Sequence record: MT478991.1 | Source: Escherichia phage vB_EcoM_011D4 | Length of the DNA: 64,000 nucleotides | Reading direction: 5' to 3' (one strand) | In this document: one piece after another, positions 1 through 13,471 of the stretch | Numbering within the stretch: position 1 is the first letter of the stretch | How the letters are laid out: every line of letters starts with the position of its first letter | Translations under genes and position numbers: made by a program | The notes under the pieces: model-generated | What the model was told of the DNA's origin: nothing | Databases searched by the model: none | Seen by the model: only the letters and a program-made list of their open reading frames with translations

Positions 1-273
1 GGAAGAAACCTTGATCCAGGTCGTCGATTTGGTTCTTATCAAGAAGACGCAATGCAGAGAATTACTGGTAAATTCCCTGTAGCTGACCGCTGGCGCGGTT
101 GGTATGGTGGAGCATTTACTGCACAGCGCGGTCAATGGAGCACGAACTATAAAAACGGTGGTGGTGATGATTGGGGTACTACTGTTAACTTTGACTCAGG
201 AAGATCCGTAAGAACGGCTAACGAGACTCGCGTCAAGAGTCTGGCATTAAACTATATCATAAGGGTGCGCTAA
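1..273 (+). CDS. 12: short tail fibre protein gp12, C-terminal fragment (5' end outside window)
   Basis: Frame is open from nt 1 into listed ORF 52..273; sits directly upstream of wac as in T4 gene order; Gly/Trp-rich C-terminus. Could be gp11 instead. Confidence 0.5.
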   Translation, partial: GRNLDPGRRFGSYQEDAMQRITGKFPVADRWRGWYGGAFTAQRGQWSTNYKNGGGDDWGTTVNFDSGRSVRTANETRVKSLALNYIIRVR

Positions 274-2042
274 TGATTGAACAATTAAACATCCACGAGA
301 TCCCACATGTTGACGGTGTACCAAGCGAAGGACAGCACCGTATTAACTGGATCAAGAATGGCGAATGTTTAAGCGCAGCAACGACACAGACTGGCAATGA
401 CGGGACGCTTAACCGCGCCCCTGTTGCAATTCAAGAAAACGTTGCACGCGTAAACGAAAACGCAAAATCAACCGTCGCTAAAGTTAACGAGGTTGTAACG
501 GCGGTTAACGATATTAAAACAACTTTAGGGGTAATTTCTGACGGAAGTATCATTGATGTGGTTAACCAGACTGTCGCAAAAGTTGAATCCGTCGAAGAGA
601 ACTTAGGAGAAACAGCAAGAACTCTGCAAACAACGGTAGACGCTGTATCAGAACTTAACATCAAGATTGGTGATCGCCCCGCTGCCGATCCTAGCACAAG
701 AACAATCTATGATGACATTTCTTTCATCAAACAAGAAATGGGTTCTTATCCTAACTTTAATATCAATGGTTCCCCTGATGCTGGCAGTTCCGGTTCTGGC
801 ATCAAATACCGAGTTATTCAGAATACCGCAGCATTAAATGACCACGGTCGCCGAATCGTTCAGCTTGAAAACGACTGGCAAGATTCTGACGTAGGCGAGT
901 TAACAAGACAAGTTAACAAAATGCGCAGTGAGATCGGCGACACGTCTCTTGCAACACAAGAAAATGTGTATGTTCGTCTCCGCACCAACGCAAGAAACAT
1001 TGCTAACTTATCAAACGAAGTTCTAGAAGTCAAGAAAGCAATTTTGTTTGATTCAATCCCTGATATCGGGACTAAAGTCACTACGCTGGGAACTAATTAT
1101 GAACGTCTAAACAATGATGTTAATGGTGTAGATTCCGGTATTCGTCCTCGTCTTCTGGCTGTCGAGAATAAGATCGGAACGCCTCAATCGGCTGGAAGCA
1201 TTGATTATCGATTAACCAACACAGAGCGAGAATTTTTAGATCTTAAACAGGTTGTTGGTGTAAGCGGTGCTGACGGTTTGCGCGGTGAAGTTGTTCGACT
1301 TTCCAATGAGATTGGCACTGACAGCGATCGACATACTCTAGCCGGACGTATTAAAGTTGTAGAAAACACTCAGGGTCGGTTAGAAGCAAGCGTACAGGAC
1401 ATGGAACAGCTTGTAGGTGATCGCGAATCAGGTTTGACCGCTGGCGTTATTAAACTATCAAGTGATATCTATGGCGATGATGGTTCAGAAGATCCATTTA
1501 CTCAGAAAGGCGTGATTAAAATCGTCAAAGAGCTACAAACATCTAACGGAAACAAAGTAGATGATGTACCTGATGACGGTTTTCATTATCTGCGTAAGCA
1601 CGGCGAATGGGTGCAAGTTGCATATGCTGCTGGAGCATTTAAAAATACCGCAGATATTACGGTTGAACTTGACGAACAGGATGTTTATAAACCGATTCCG
1701 CTAAACGATATGACCGAAGAAGTTCCTGCGCGTGGAATGGTTAAGAGCGAATCTCTTGTTACGGTTAACGACAAAGGCTTATTCCGTTGTGATTTCCGTT
1801 GTTCTGTAAATGCGGCACATAACGCTACTTTCGTAGTCGGTATTGCTAAAAATGGTCTGATTGTACATGAGGTACGAAATGGTCATTATGGAGCTGATGA
1901 TTTAATTAGCTATTCTACCAGTGCTTTCCTAAATATTGAAAAGGGCGACCGGATCGATATTCGCATTAAGGGCGTATCCGAAGAAGCATTAGCGCAACAG
2001 CTACAAATTAAAGAGTTCCTCTTTGGAATTTCTCCGGTATAA
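273..2042 (+). CDS. wac: fibritin (whisker/neck protein Wac) with foldon-like motif and extra C-terminal domain
   Basis: 589 aa; N-terminus IEQLNIHEIPHVDGVPSEGQHRINWIKNGE matches T4 Wac; long heptad-rich middle; foldon-like DDGFHYLRKHGEWVQV. Confidence 0.9.
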   Translation: MIEQLNIHEIPHVDGVPSEGQHRINWIKNGECLSAATTQTGNDGTLNRAPVAIQENVARVNENAKSTVAKVNEVVTAVNDIKTTLGVISDGSIIDVVNQTVAKVESVEENLGETARTLQTTVDAVSELNIKIGDRPAADPSTRTIYDDISFIKQEMGSYPNFNINGSPDAGSSGSGIKYRVIQNTAALNDHGRRIVQLENDWQDSDVGELTRQVNKMRSEIGDTSLATQENVYVRLRTNARNIANLSNEVLEVKKAILFDSIPDIGTKVTTLGTNYERLNNDVNGVDSGIRPRLLAVENKIGTPQSAGSIDYRLTNTEREFLDLKQVVGVSGADGLRGEVVRLSNEIGTDSDRHTLAGRIKVVENTQGRLEASVQDMEQLVGDRESGLTAGVIKLSSDIYGDDGSEDPFTQKGVIKIVKELQTSNGNKVDDVPDDGFHYLRKHGEWVQVAYAAGAFKNTADITVELDEQDVYKPIPLNDMTEEVPARGMVKSESLVTVNDKGLFRCDFRCSVNAAHNATFVVGIAKNGLIVHEVRNGHYGADDLISYSTSAFLNIEKGDRIDIRIKGVSEEALAQQLQIKEFLFGISPV

Positions 2043-2049
2043 GAAATTA

Positions 2050-2076
2050 AAGGGGCGTTAAGCCCCTTTTTCGTTT
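2050..2076 (+). terminator. rho-independent terminator after wac
   Basis: Hairpin AAGGGGCG-TTAA-GCCCCTT followed by TTTTCGTTT. Confidence 0.65.
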
Positions 2077-2088
2077 ATAGGTGATATT

Positions 2089-3021
2089 ATGTCAGGATAT
2101 GTAACAAATAACCCAAGAGAATTAAAAGACGCTATTCTGCGTCGTTTAGGCGCACCAGTAATTAACGTAGAAGTAACAGAAGACCAGATTTACGATTGTA
2201 TTCAGAGAGCATTAGAACTCTATGGGGAATATCATTTCGATGGTGTGAATAAAGGATATAAAGTATTTCGTGTTAGTGCAGAGCAAGCGCAACACGGGGT
2301 ATTTGATTTAAGCGATTCTGGGGTATTCGCAGTAACTAAAATAATTAGAACAAACGTAGGTAGCGCGGCTACGATGGATGGCACTGCCGTTTATCCGTGG
2401 TTTACTGACTTTCTGTTGGGTTTAGCTGGTGTAAATGGCGGTTTAGGATCTGGATGTAGTAAATTTTATGGTCCAAATGCAATGGGCGGTGATCTAGGAT
2501 ATTTCGAACAGCTTATGAGCTATCGAGCCACTATGCAAAATATGCTTAATCCACTGCCAGACTATTGGTATAATAGCGCAAACGGACAACTTAAGATTAC
2601 AGGAAACTTCCGAGAAGGTGATCTCATTGTTGTTGAATTATATGTTAAAAGCTATGTAGACGTTCCTGATATGATCGGCGCGGTTGCTGGTTATGCTCAT
2701 GCTGGAGGATGTTCTACCGCTGGCGGGATTAGCGCCGTTTATGATAATCCAACTGCTGGTTTAAGCGGGATTGTTGCTGGCATGGGACCGATCAGTGAGA
2801 ACAAGCAGGGCGCATATAATAACCGTTGGGTTAAAGACATGGCAACCGCTTTCACTAAGGAGGTGTGGGGGTCCATCATGGCTAAACATCAAGGTCTGCA
2901 ATTACCCGGCGGTGTCACTGTTGATGGTATCCGAATCATTGAAGAAGCACGCGCCGACATTGAGAAATTGCGACAAGAACTAGAATTATTAGATCCTCCG
3001 TTCGGCATCCTCATGATTTGA
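2089..3021 (+). CDS. 13: neck protein gp13
   Basis: 310 aa, T4 gp13 size and position between wac and gp14. Confidence 0.85.
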   Translation: MSGYVTNNPRELKDAILRRLGAPVINVEVTEDQIYDCIQRALELYGEYHFDGVNKGYKVFRVSAEQAQHGVFDLSDSGVFAVTKIIRTNVGSAATMDGTAVYPWFTDFLLGLAGVNGGLGSGCSKFYGPNAMGGDLGYFEQLMSYRATMQNMLNPLPDYWYNSANGQLKITGNFREGDLIVVELYVKSYVDVPDMIGAVAGYAHAGGCSTAGGISAVYDNPTAGLSGIVAGMGPISENKQGAYNNRWVKDMATAFTKEVWGSIMAKHQGLQLPGGVTVDGIRIIEEARADIEKLRQELELLDPPFGILMI

Positions 3022-3057
3022 TTTATTGGGGGAGTATTCCCCCATTTGGAGTAACAT

Positions 3058-3798
3058 ATGTTTAACAACACTCTTTTTGCTCGCCTTGAATCGCAAAAGG
3101 ATTATGAGAATACACGACAAACAGAGATTCTTAATCCTTATGTGAACTTTCACAAATATACAAATACTCAGACGTTAGCCGACGTTATGGTCGCCGAAGC
3201 TATTCAGATGCGAGGTGTAGAATTATATTACATCCCTCGTGAATTTGTCAAACCAGATATGATCTTTGGTGAGGATGTTCAAAGCAAATTTACTAAAGCA
3301 TGGAAATTTGCGGCTTATATTAACTCATTTGATGGGTATGAAGGAGCGGGTAATTTCTTCTCTAGTTTCGGGTATCAAGCTAATGATGAACTAACTTTTA
3401 CGGTTAACCCCAACCTATTCAAGCATCAAGTAGATGATCAAGAGCCAAAATCAGGTGACTTAATTTATATTCCAATGAGTAATGATCTCTTTGAAATTAA
3501 TTACGTCGAGCCATATCAGCCGTTTTTTCAGGCTGGCAAAAATGCCATGCGTAAAATTATTGCAGAGAAATTCGTGTATAGCGGTGAGGAATTGCGACCA
3601 GAATTACAACGCAATGAGGGAATTAATGTTGATGAGTTTGCGGATCTGGATCTTGCACCGATCACTAATCTGGACGGGTTAACAGATATCAACTTAGATC
3701 AGTACAAAGAAGATAAGCAATTCAGAAGCGAAGGACAAGATTTTATTGATCCGTTTGATCCTATTAATGGCACTGGTTCACCTTTTGCTAATTTTTGA
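3058..3798 (+). CDS. 14: neck protein gp14
   Basis: 246 aa, conserved position; start/stop coupling with gp15. Confidence 0.85.
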   Translation: MFNNTLFARLESQKDYENTRQTEILNPYVNFHKYTNTQTLADVMVAEAIQMRGVELYYIPREFVKPDMIFGEDVQSKFTKAWKFAAYINSFDGYEGAGNFFSSFGYQANDELTFTVNPNLFKHQVDDQEPKSGDLIYIPMSNDLFEINYVEPYQPFFQAGKNAMRKIIAEKFVYSGEELRPELQRNEGINVDEFADLDLAPITNLDGLTDINLDQYKEDKQFRSEGQDFIDPFDPINGTGSPFANF

Positions 3799-4658
3799 TA
3801 AATACTCATAAACAAGGGGGTCAAATGTTTGGATGGCACTACAATTCGTCACTACGAAGATATATTGTATTGCTGGGTAATTTATTCTCCGGCGTACAAA
3901 TTAAAAGGGTGCGTAGTGACGGTGAGCGGTTTATTAAAGTTCCTATCACCTACGCAAAGAAAGAAAAATTCATGATGAGTCTGGACAAATATAACAATAT
4001 CTCAAGTGAGGAAGACGTAGCAAAGGTAGAAACTATTTTACCTCGTATGTGTCTTTCTTTGATTGATATGACATACGCCCAGAACTTTAAAACCAATATT
4101 GCAAATAAGACAGTACCAAAATATACAGCGGATGGAATCAGGAGCGTAACACAATATAATCCTGTACCATATAAGTTTACTTTCGAGTTAGGGATTTATA
4201 CGCGTAACGAAGATGATATGTTTCAGATAATTGAACAGATTCTTCCTTACTTCCAGCCTCATTTTAACTGTAAGATTAAAGAACTACACGGTAATGATGT
4301 ATGGATTGATCGAGATATTCAGGTCACAATTAGTTCTATTACTCCAGATGAACAGGTAGGCGAAGATAAGTTTTCTCGTCGTCGTCTTGAGTGGACCATT
4401 ATGTTTGAGTTCATCGGGTTTATCTATCCTCCAGCTACCGACGTTAAGGGGGAAATTAGAACGATTTATCTTGATTTTCATGCCAATTCTCGTGAATTGA
4501 ATCCTAGCGGTAATTTTGAATCTGTGGATCACGAGGTCGTTAAACGTGACGTCGAGCAAGAAGAATGGGACGGAACTATCAAAGAATCATATTCTAGTGA
4601 TATTCCAATACCAGTTGCACCGACTCCACCAGGTCCACGTATTGTAAGAGAATTTTAA
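3795..4658 (+). CDS. 15: tail sheath stabiliser / tail completion protein gp15
   Basis: 287 aa; ATGA overlap with gp14; T4 order. Confidence 0.85.
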   Translation: MINTHKQGGQMFGWHYNSSLRRYIVLLGNLFSGVQIKRVRSDGERFIKVPITYAKKEKFMMSLDKYNNISSEEDVAKVETILPRMCLSLIDMTYAQNFKTNIANKTVPKYTADGIRSVTQYNPVPYKFTFELGIYTRNEDDMFQIIEQILPYFQPHFNCKIKELHGNDVWIDRDIQVTISSITPDEQVGEDKFSRRRLEWTIMFEFIGFIYPPATDVKGEIRTIYLDFHANSRELNPSGNFESVDHEVVKRDVEQEEWDGTIKESYSSDIPIPVAPTPPGPRIVREF

Positions 4659-4671
4659 GAGGTAATTTATT

Positions 4672-6992
<2,321 letters not shown>

Positions 6993-7023
6993 CGATAATG
7001 CATAAAAAGATGAGGAAATTCTA

Positions 7024-9024
7024 ATGACTCTATTATCACCGGGTTTCGAAACGAAAGAAACTACTCTCTCCACTACCATTGTGCAATCTGCGACTGGTCG
7101 CGCGGCACTGGTGGGTAAATTCCAATGGGGTCCAGCTTTCCAGATTATTCAAGTAACTAATGAAGTTGAATTAGTTAATAAATTTGGTCAGCCGGATAAT
7201 AACACCGCAGACTATTTCATGAGCGGGGCTAACTTCCTCCAGTACGGTAATGACCTGCGTGTTGTTCGTGTATTGAATAAAGAAAAAGCAAAAAACGCAA
7301 CTGCCCTAGCTGGTAACGTTGAGTTTGAAATCACAAACGAAGGTTCAAACTATGAAGTAGGCGATACCATCAAGATTAAACATAACCGTCAAGATATTGA
7401 AACGGCTGGTAAAGTAACTAAAGTTGATGGTGATGGTAAAGTTAAGGGCGTATTTATCCCAACTGGTAAAATTATCGCTCACGCTAAAGCAATCGGTGTA
7501 TATCCAGAACTTGATGGCGGTTGGACGGCAGAGTTCAATTCTTCGTCAGGTAACGGTAGTGCGGCGCTGTCAGTAACTAAAATTGTTACTGATTCCGGTC
7601 TTCTGTTAACGGATCTGGAAACTTCCCGCGCCAATATCACAAATCAAACTTTCTTGACTAAACTCCAGAAGTATGATATGCCAGCGGTAAGCGCGATCTA
7701 TGCTGGTGAGATTGGCAACTCGCTGGAAGTTGAAATTCTGGCACGTAGTGCGTTTAAGAACACTGCACCGGATCTGACCATGTATCCTTATGGTGGCGAG
7801 CGCACCGCAGCACGCAACCTGATTCCATATGCACCGCAGAATGATAATCAATATGCATTTATTGTTCGTCGCGATGGTGTTGTGGTAGAATCCTATGTAC
7901 TGTCTACTCTGAAAGGGGATAAAGACGTATACGGCAATTCTATCTACATGGACGACTTCTTTGCTCGTGGTTCTAGCCAGTACATCTATGCAACCGCTCA
8001 AGGGTGGGTAGATGGTTTCAGTGGTATTATCTCTCTTGCTGGTGGTGTTTCTGCTAACGAAGCAACGACTGCTGGTGTTGGTGCTGATCCGTTCATCGGT
8101 GCGATGATGCAAGGTTGGGATCTGTTTGCTGAACGAGAATCTATTCACGTAAACCTGTTGATCGCTGGTGCATGTGCTGGCGAAGGCGATGCGTTCTCTA
8201 CCGTACAGAAACATGCTGTTTCCATCGGTGATGAGCGTCAGGATTGCTTAGTAATGGTTTCTCCGCCGCGTAGCACTGTTGTTAATATTCCGGTGACTAC
8301 CGCAATTGATAACCTGATTGCATGGCGCGAAGGTTCAGGAAACTATAATGAAAACAACATGAACATTAATACCACTTACGCTGTTATTGATGGTAACTAC
8401 AAATATCAGTATGACAAATACAACGACGTAAACCGTTGGGTTCCGTTGGCTGCTGATATTGCTGGTTTGTGCGCTCGTACTGATGCTGTATCCCAGCCGT
8501 GGATGAGTCCGGCAGGTTATAACCGTGGTCAGATCATGAACGTGGTTAAACTGGCAATTGAGCCTCGCAAGGCGCACCGCGATCGTCTGTATCAGGCCGC
8601 AATTAACCCGGTAATCGGTGCTGGTGGTGAAGGGTTTATCCTGATGGGTGATAAAACCGCTACGACTGTTCCTAGCCCGTTTGACCGCATTAACGTTCGT
8701 CGTCTGTTTAACATGCTGAAAAAGAATATCGGCGATTCAAGCAAATACAAACTGTTTGAAAACAACGATAACTTTACTCGCGCTTCCTTCCGTATGGAGG
8801 TTTCGCAATATCTCAGCACGATTCGCTCTCTGGGTGGAATTTATGACTTCCGAGTACAATGCGACACCACGAATAACACGCCGGATGTAATTGATCGTAA
8901 CGAATTTGTTGCTAGTATGTTCATCAAACCAGCAAAATCGATCAACTATATCATGCTCAATTTCACTGCTGTTGCAACTGGTTCTGATTTTGACGAAATT
9001 ATCGGTCCAGCTAACCAGGCATAA
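7024..9024 (+). CDS. 18: tail sheath protein gp18
   Basis: 666 aa, matches T4 gp18 in size and position. Confidence 0.95.
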   Translation: MTLLSPGFETKETTLSTTIVQSATGRAALVGKFQWGPAFQIIQVTNEVELVNKFGQPDNNTADYFMSGANFLQYGNDLRVVRVLNKEKAKNATALAGNVEFEITNEGSNYEVGDTIKIKHNRQDIETAGKVTKVDGDGKVKGVFIPTGKIIAHAKAIGVYPELDGGWTAEFNSSSGNGSAALSVTKIVTDSGLLLTDLETSRANITNQTFLTKLQKYDMPAVSAIYAGEIGNSLEVEILARSAFKNTAPDLTMYPYGGERTAARNLIPYAPQNDNQYAFIVRRDGVVVESYVLSTLKGDKDVYGNSIYMDDFFARGSSQYIYATAQGWVDGFSGIISLAGGVSANEATTAGVGADPFIGAMMQGWDLFAERESIHVNLLIAGACAGEGDAFSTVQKHAVSIGDERQDCLVMVSPPRSTVVNIPVTTAIDNLIAWREGSGNYNENNMNINTTYAVIDGNYKYQYDKYNDVNRWVPLAADIAGLCARTDAVSQPWMSPAGYNRGQIMNVVKLAIEPRKAHRDRLYQAAINPVIGAGGEGFILMGDKTATTVPSPFDRINVRRLFNMLKKNIGDSSKYKLFENNDNFTRASFRMEVSQYLSTIRSLGGIYDFRVQCDTTNNTPDVIDRNEFVASMFIKPAKSINYIMLNFTAVATGSDFDEIIGPANQA

Positions 9025-9057
9025 TCAGTAAATTAGCATAGATTAAAAGTTAAATCA

Positions 9058-9078
9058 AGCGGGGAGAAAATCCCCGCT
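9058..9078 (+). terminator. hairpin (weak terminator/attenuator) after gp18
   Basis: AGCGGGGAG-AAAA-TCCCCGCT, poor T-run. Confidence 0.45.
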
Positions 9079-9097
9079 CTATTAAGGAATATCAATT

Positions 9098-9592
9098 ATG
9101 GCACTCGATTTGAATGATATTACACGCGGTTTCGAGTCTGGCGATTTTGCTCGTCCTAACCTGTTTGAAGTTGAGATCCCGTATCTGGGGCAAAACTTTA
9201 AGCTGATGTGTAAGGCTGCGACTGTCCCGGCTGCTACCGTAGAAAAAATTGCTATAGGCTATCAAAACCGTAAAATTAACATCGCTGGCGACCGTGTATA
9301 CGACGACTGGACCATCACTGTATTCAACGATGACGCACACAAGATCCGTGATGCTATCGTTGCATGGAGCGATCAGACACACGGCACTGGTTCGGCGATC
9401 ACTGGTGCAACTCCTGCACAATATAAGAAACAAGCTATTGTTCGTCAACTTAACCGTAACACCGAATCAACTAGCGAAAAAACATTGTACGGTATTTTCC
9501 CTACCAACGTTGGTGAAGTAACCCTCGATTGGGAACAAAACAACGAAGTTGAAACGTTTGAAGTTACTTTTGCTATCGATTGGGTAGAATAA
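9098..9592 (+). CDS. 19: tail tube protein gp19
   Basis: 164 aa, T4 gp19 size and position. Confidence 0.95.
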   Translation: MALDLNDITRGFESGDFARPNLFEVEIPYLGQNFKLMCKAATVPAATVEKIAIGYQNRKINIAGDRVYDDWTITVFNDDAHKIRDAIVAWSDQTHGTGSAITGATPAQYKKQAIVRQLNRNTESTSEKTLYGIFPTNVGEVTLDWEQNNEVETFEVTFAIDWVE

Positions 9593-9604
9593 ATATATTA
9601 TCAT

Positions 9605-9623
9605 GCGGGGAGAAGTTCCCCGC
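9605..9623 (+). terminator. hairpin (weak terminator) after gp19
   Basis: GCGGGGA-GAAGT-TCCCCGC followed by CTAATTT. Confidence 0.45.
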
Positions 9624-9650
9624 CTAATTTCTCCCAATTCGAGGTGAATA

Positions 9651-11216
9651 ATGTTTAGTAGATTAAAAATGCTTGCGCGTTGGGCTGATTTTGACAACGA
9701 CAAATACGAAGAACAAATTAAAGATAAAGCAGAGTCTATCGCCGCACCTAAAAACAATGATGGTGCTACGGAAGTAGAAATTAACGATAATTTACCTGCT
9801 AGCGCGTGGAACTCTCTTACCCAGCAATTTTACAGCACCGACCAGAAAATCAGCACAACTAAGCAATTAGTTAACACATATCGCGGTTTGATGAATAACC
9901 ATGAAGTCGAAAACGCTGTACAAAATATCGTTAACGATGCGATTGTATTTGAAGAAGGTCATGAAGTTGTTTCATTAAATCTTGAGGCGACTGGCTTTAG
10001 TGAATCTGTAAAAGAGCGCATTCATGAAGAATTTAAAGATCTTTTAAACACTATCCAGTTTGATAGGCGCGGTCAGGATATGTTCCGTCGCTGGTATGTC
10101 GATTCGCGTATTTTCTTCCATAAAATCATCGGCAAAAATCCAAAAGATGGTATCGTAGAATTACGCCAGCTTGACCCACGAAATCTTGAATATGTTCGCG
10201 AGATCATTACAGAAGACACACCGGAAGGTAAAATTTATAAAGCAACGAAAGAATATTTCATTTACACTGTAGGCAATAGCTCTTATTGCGCAGGTGGTCA
10301 AGTATTCTCTCCTAACAGTCGCGTTAAAATCCCGCGTAGTGCTATTACATACGCTCACAGCGGCTTGATGGATTGCGATGATAAATATATCATTGGTTAT
10401 TTGCATCGGGCGGTTAAGCCAGCAAACCAGCTTAAATTGTTGGAAGACGCAATGGTCGTTTATCGTATCACGCGTGCACCGGAACGCCGAGTGTTCTTTA
10501 TTGATACCGGAAACATGAACAACCGCAAGGCTGCACAGCACATGAACTCAGTGGCACAGTCTTTTAAAAACCGCGTTGTTTATGATGCATCGACTGGTAA
10601 ACTTAAAAACCAGCAAGCAAATCTATCAATGACAGAGGACTACTGGTTACAGCGTCGAGATGGTAAAGCAATCACCGACGTTACTACTTTACCCGGTGCA
10701 TCCGGTATGAGTGATATCGATGATATTCGCTACTTTAACCGTAAATTGTATGAAGCGTTGCGTGTGCCATTGTCACGCAGCAATCTCTCCGATGCTAATA
10801 TGGTGATCGGTGGTGACGGTTCAGAAATTACTCGCGATGAGTTGGAATTTTCGAAATTCATTAGAACTCTGCAATCACAGTTTTCGGAAGTATTGCGCGA
10901 TCCTCTGAAATATAATCTGATTCTCAAAAATGTAATTACGGAAGACGATTGGGATCGTGAAATAAATAATATCAAGGTGGTTTTCCATCGGGACTCTTAC
11001 TATACAGAAGTTAAAGACGCGGAAATTTTAGAACGTCGAATCGGTCTAATCGAACGTATTACACCTTACATTGGTAAATATTTCTCTAACCAGACAGTGA
11101 TGCGTGACATTCTGAAATATACCGATGACCAGATGGACACCGAGAAGAAACAGATCGAAGAAGAAGCGAACGATCCGCGCTTTAAACAAACTCCCGATGA
11201 AATAGAGGATTTTTAA
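9651..11216 (+). CDS. 20: portal vertex protein gp20
   Basis: 521 aa, T4 gp20 size and position. Confidence 0.95.
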   Translation: MFSRLKMLARWADFDNDKYEEQIKDKAESIAAPKNNDGATEVEINDNLPASAWNSLTQQFYSTDQKISTTKQLVNTYRGLMNNHEVENAVQNIVNDAIVFEEGHEVVSLNLEATGFSESVKERIHEEFKDLLNTIQFDRRGQDMFRRWYVDSRIFFHKIIGKNPKDGIVELRQLDPRNLEYVREIITEDTPEGKIYKATKEYFIYTVGNSSYCAGGQVFSPNSRVKIPRSAITYAHSGLMDCDDKYIIGYLHRAVKPANQLKLLEDAMVVYRITRAPERRVFFIDTGNMNNRKAAQHMNSVAQSFKNRVVYDASTGKLKNQQANLSMTEDYWLQRRDGKAITDVTTLPGASGMSDIDDIRYFNRKLYEALRVPLSRSNLSDANMVIGGDGSEITRDELEFSKFIRTLQSQFSEVLRDPLKYNLILKNVITEDDWDREINNIKVVFHRDSYYTEVKDAEILERRIGLIERITPYIGKYFSNQTVMRDILKYTDDQMDTEKKQIEEEANDPRFKQTPDEIEDF

Positions 11217-11459
11217 ATGAAACAATTTATCGAAGCAATTAAAACTCGCGATCTAACGCTGATCGAAAAAGAATTTGATAAGATCATGGAGGCTAAAAAA
11301 GCCCAGATCATCGAATCCCAGCGTGTCGAAATCGCATCCAGTATCATGATCGAAGGTGAAGAAGAAAAAGACCGCGATGATGAAGAAGATATGGAAGATG
11401 AGGACGACGAAGACGAAGATCGCAAAGACGATAAAAAAGACAAAGAAGACGACGAATAA
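11217..11459 (+). CDS. 67: prohead core protein gp67
   Basis: 80 aa with poly-acidic C-terminus, between gp20 and gp68. Confidence 0.8.
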   Translation: MKQFIEAIKTRDLTLIEKEFDKIMEAKKAQIIESQRVEIASSIMIEGEEEKDRDDEEDMEDEDDEDEDRKDDKKDKEDDE

Positions 11460-11471
11460 TAGGAAGCCAAC

Positions 11472-11879
11472 ATGATTAAAGATTTTACTCCTAAAGCTGA
11501 CTTAGAAACTTTTCTGCCGGAAGCACAGGAAAAATTGGACATGTTGGCTATGTTTGAGTCAGAAGAACTATTGAAAATCGTTGAAGGTATCTCCGAGGAT
11601 GAGCCGGAACTGGCGGTAGCAATGCTGTCTATCATCGACGGAATTACTGTAAATGAAGCAATGGTTAAACATGTAAACGCACGCGGGGAAGTTGCACGTA
11701 AGAAAGATCGCAAAACCCGTGAGCGTAATGCTTACATGACTACTGGCCTAAGCAAAGCTAAACGCCGTCAAATTGCCCGTCGTGCTGCAAAAACCAAACG
11801 TGCAAATCCATCTATCGAACGTCATGCGGAACGTAAGCGCAAAAAAGCAATGCGTAAACGTAAGGCGTTAGGATTATAA
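11472..11879 (+). CDS. 68: prohead core protein gp68
   Basis: 135 aa, basic C-terminus, conserved position. Confidence 0.8.
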   Translation: MIKDFTPKADLETFLPEAQEKLDMLAMFESEELLKIVEGISEDEPELAVAMLSIIDGITVNEAMVKHVNARGEVARKKDRKTRERNAYMTTGLSKAKRRQIARRAAKTKRANPSIERHAERKRKKAMRKRKALGL

Positions 11880-11890
11880 CAGGAAACAAC

Positions 11891-12586
11891 ATGGAAAAGA
11901 ACGAATTACTGATCGAACAATGGGGCGTTCCTTGTGCTCGCGGTAGTTCGTCATTGCTTGAATCATTTGATGATAAGGCTACAGGAAATCTCTATATTCA
12001 AGGGATTTTCCTGCAAGCCGAAACAGTAAACCGCAATAAACGCTGGTATCCTCGCAGTGTTCTAGAAAATGCGGTTACTAAATACATACATGAACAAGTT
12101 GAGACACATCAAGCTCTAGGCGAACTTAATCACCCAACAAGAGCAATGCCAGATCCATCTAATGCTTGCATCATAATTGAAAAATTATGGTGGGAAGGTA
12201 ATAACGTGATGGGTAAAGCCCGTGTTATTGAAGGGGATAAAGGCGCAGGTGATAAACTTGCTGCACTGATTCGCGCTGGCTGGATTCCTGGCGTTTCCTC
12301 CCGTGGGTTGGGTCGGTTGAAAGACTCTGGTCGCGGATACAATATTGTACAGGAAGGTTTTGTGTTGACGGTTGGTGTTGATGTTGTTTGGGGTCCGAGC
12401 GCACCAGATGCGTGGGTAACTCCTGTGGTTGAGTCAACGGATAGCGATTCTAGCGCGTCAGACGCACCAGAAAGCGATAAAACCGAAAAAGTGACTAACC
12501 CTACAGCCCCACAACAAAACATCGTAGAATCGAATAATAGCGCGTTTATGGCGCTCGCAGAAGCGTTATCTAAACGCTATAAATAA
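11891..12586 (+). CDS. 21: prohead core protease gp21
   Basis: 231 aa; conserved position upstream of scaffold gp22. Confidence 0.9.
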   Translation: MEKNELLIEQWGVPCARGSSSLLESFDDKATGNLYIQGIFLQAETVNRNKRWYPRSVLENAVTKYIHEQVETHQALGELNHPTRAMPDPSNACIIIEKLWWEGNNVMGKARVIEGDKGAGDKLAALIRAGWIPGVSSRGLGRLKDSGRGYNIVQEGFVLTVGVDVVWGPSAPDAWVTPVVESTDSDSSASDAPESDKTEKVTNPTAPQQNIVESNNSAFMALAEALSKRYK

Positions 12587-12617
12587 TAACGTCGTTATCA
12601 ACAAGAAGGTTATAACC

Positions 12618-13412
12618 ATGCTTAAAGAAATGCTGCTCGAAGAAGCAAAACAGATCACCGTAGACGTTGCTCTCGATGACCTGTTTGAATCCGTCGAACT
12701 GTCGCCGGAAGTAAAAGAAAATTTTGGTGCTATCTACGCTCAGGCGGTAAAAGCTAATGCTGTTGCTCTGGCAGAAAGCCACATTGAAAAAATCGCCGCT
12801 AAAGCCGATGAACTGGTAGAATCAAAGGTCGAAGAAGCACGCACCGAGATTGAAACCAAACTGTACGAAGATGCAGATAAATTCCTGAATCACTTAGGCG
12901 CTAAATGGCTGGCAGAAAATAAAGAAGCCGTCACCCGTAATATTAAAGCGGATCTGTGTGAATCCCTGATTGGTTCTCTGAAAGATGTTTTCGTTACTCA
13001 CAATGTTGTAGTACCGGAAGAATCTGTAGACGTTGTTGCTGAACTTGACGAAGCACTCAAAGAAGAAAAAGAAAAAACCTCTGAACTCTTTGATGCCAAA
13101 CTGCAACTTGAAAGCGAAATTCGTGGCATGAAGCGCGAACAAGCGATCAATGAAAGCACTCGTGATCTTTCCGATACTCAGAAAGAAAAAGTAACCGCGC
13201 TGATTGAAGGTCTGGAATATAGCGAAACTTTCGATAAGAAATTAACTGCAATTGTCGAAATGGTTGCTAAGAAAGAAGACAAACAAGCGAAGATTGAAGA
13301 ATCACTAAATACTGATGCCGACAAGCTGAATGTTATTGCAGAAAATGTCGAAAAATCAGATAAAAAGGCAACTGTAGATTCCGGCGTATCCCGCTACCTG
13401 AATTTCATCTAA
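12618..13412 (+). CDS. 22: prohead core scaffold protein gp22
   Basis: 264 aa, highly acidic, helical/Glu-Lys rich, directly upstream of gp23. Confidence 0.9.
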   Translation: MLKEMLLEEAKQITVDVALDDLFESVELSPEVKENFGAIYAQAVKANAVALAESHIEKIAAKADELVESKVEEARTEIETKLYEDADKFLNHLGAKWLAENKEAVTRNIKADLCESLIGSLKDVFVTHNVVVPEESVDVVAELDEALKEEKEKTSELFDAKLQLESEIRGMKREQAINESTRDLSDTQKEKVTALIEGLEYSETFDKKLTAIVEMVAKKEDKQAKIEESLNTDADKLNVIAENVEKSDKKATVDSGVSRYLNFI

Positions 13413-13430
13413 TGTAATTCAAATCTACTT

Positions 13431-13438
13431 TATAAATA
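13431..13438 (+). promoter_or_regulatory. T4-type late promoter TATAAATA upstream of gp23
   Basis: Exact TATAAATA about 34 nt upstream of the gp23 ATG. Confidence 0.6.
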
Positions 13439-13471
13439 CTTTAGGTTAACAACAAACAAGGTTTAAAGAAC

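Noticed and set aside
1-273. Calling the first ORF gp11 rather than gp12
   Set aside because: Only the C-terminal ~90 residues are visible; T4 order places gene 12 directly upstream of wac, so gp12 is preferred, with low confidence.
431-697. 88-aa minus-strand ORF inside wac, and similar antisense ORFs inside conserved genes (860-1081, 7606-8214, 8335-8819, 10161-10541, 12130-12522, 13463-14203, 14243-14896, 33975-34577, 60154-60756)
   Set aside because: Each is fully embedded antisense in a well-supported, T4-homologous gene, lacks an RBS, and has odd composition (Ser/Cys/low complexity); long chance ORFs are expected opposite long coding regions.
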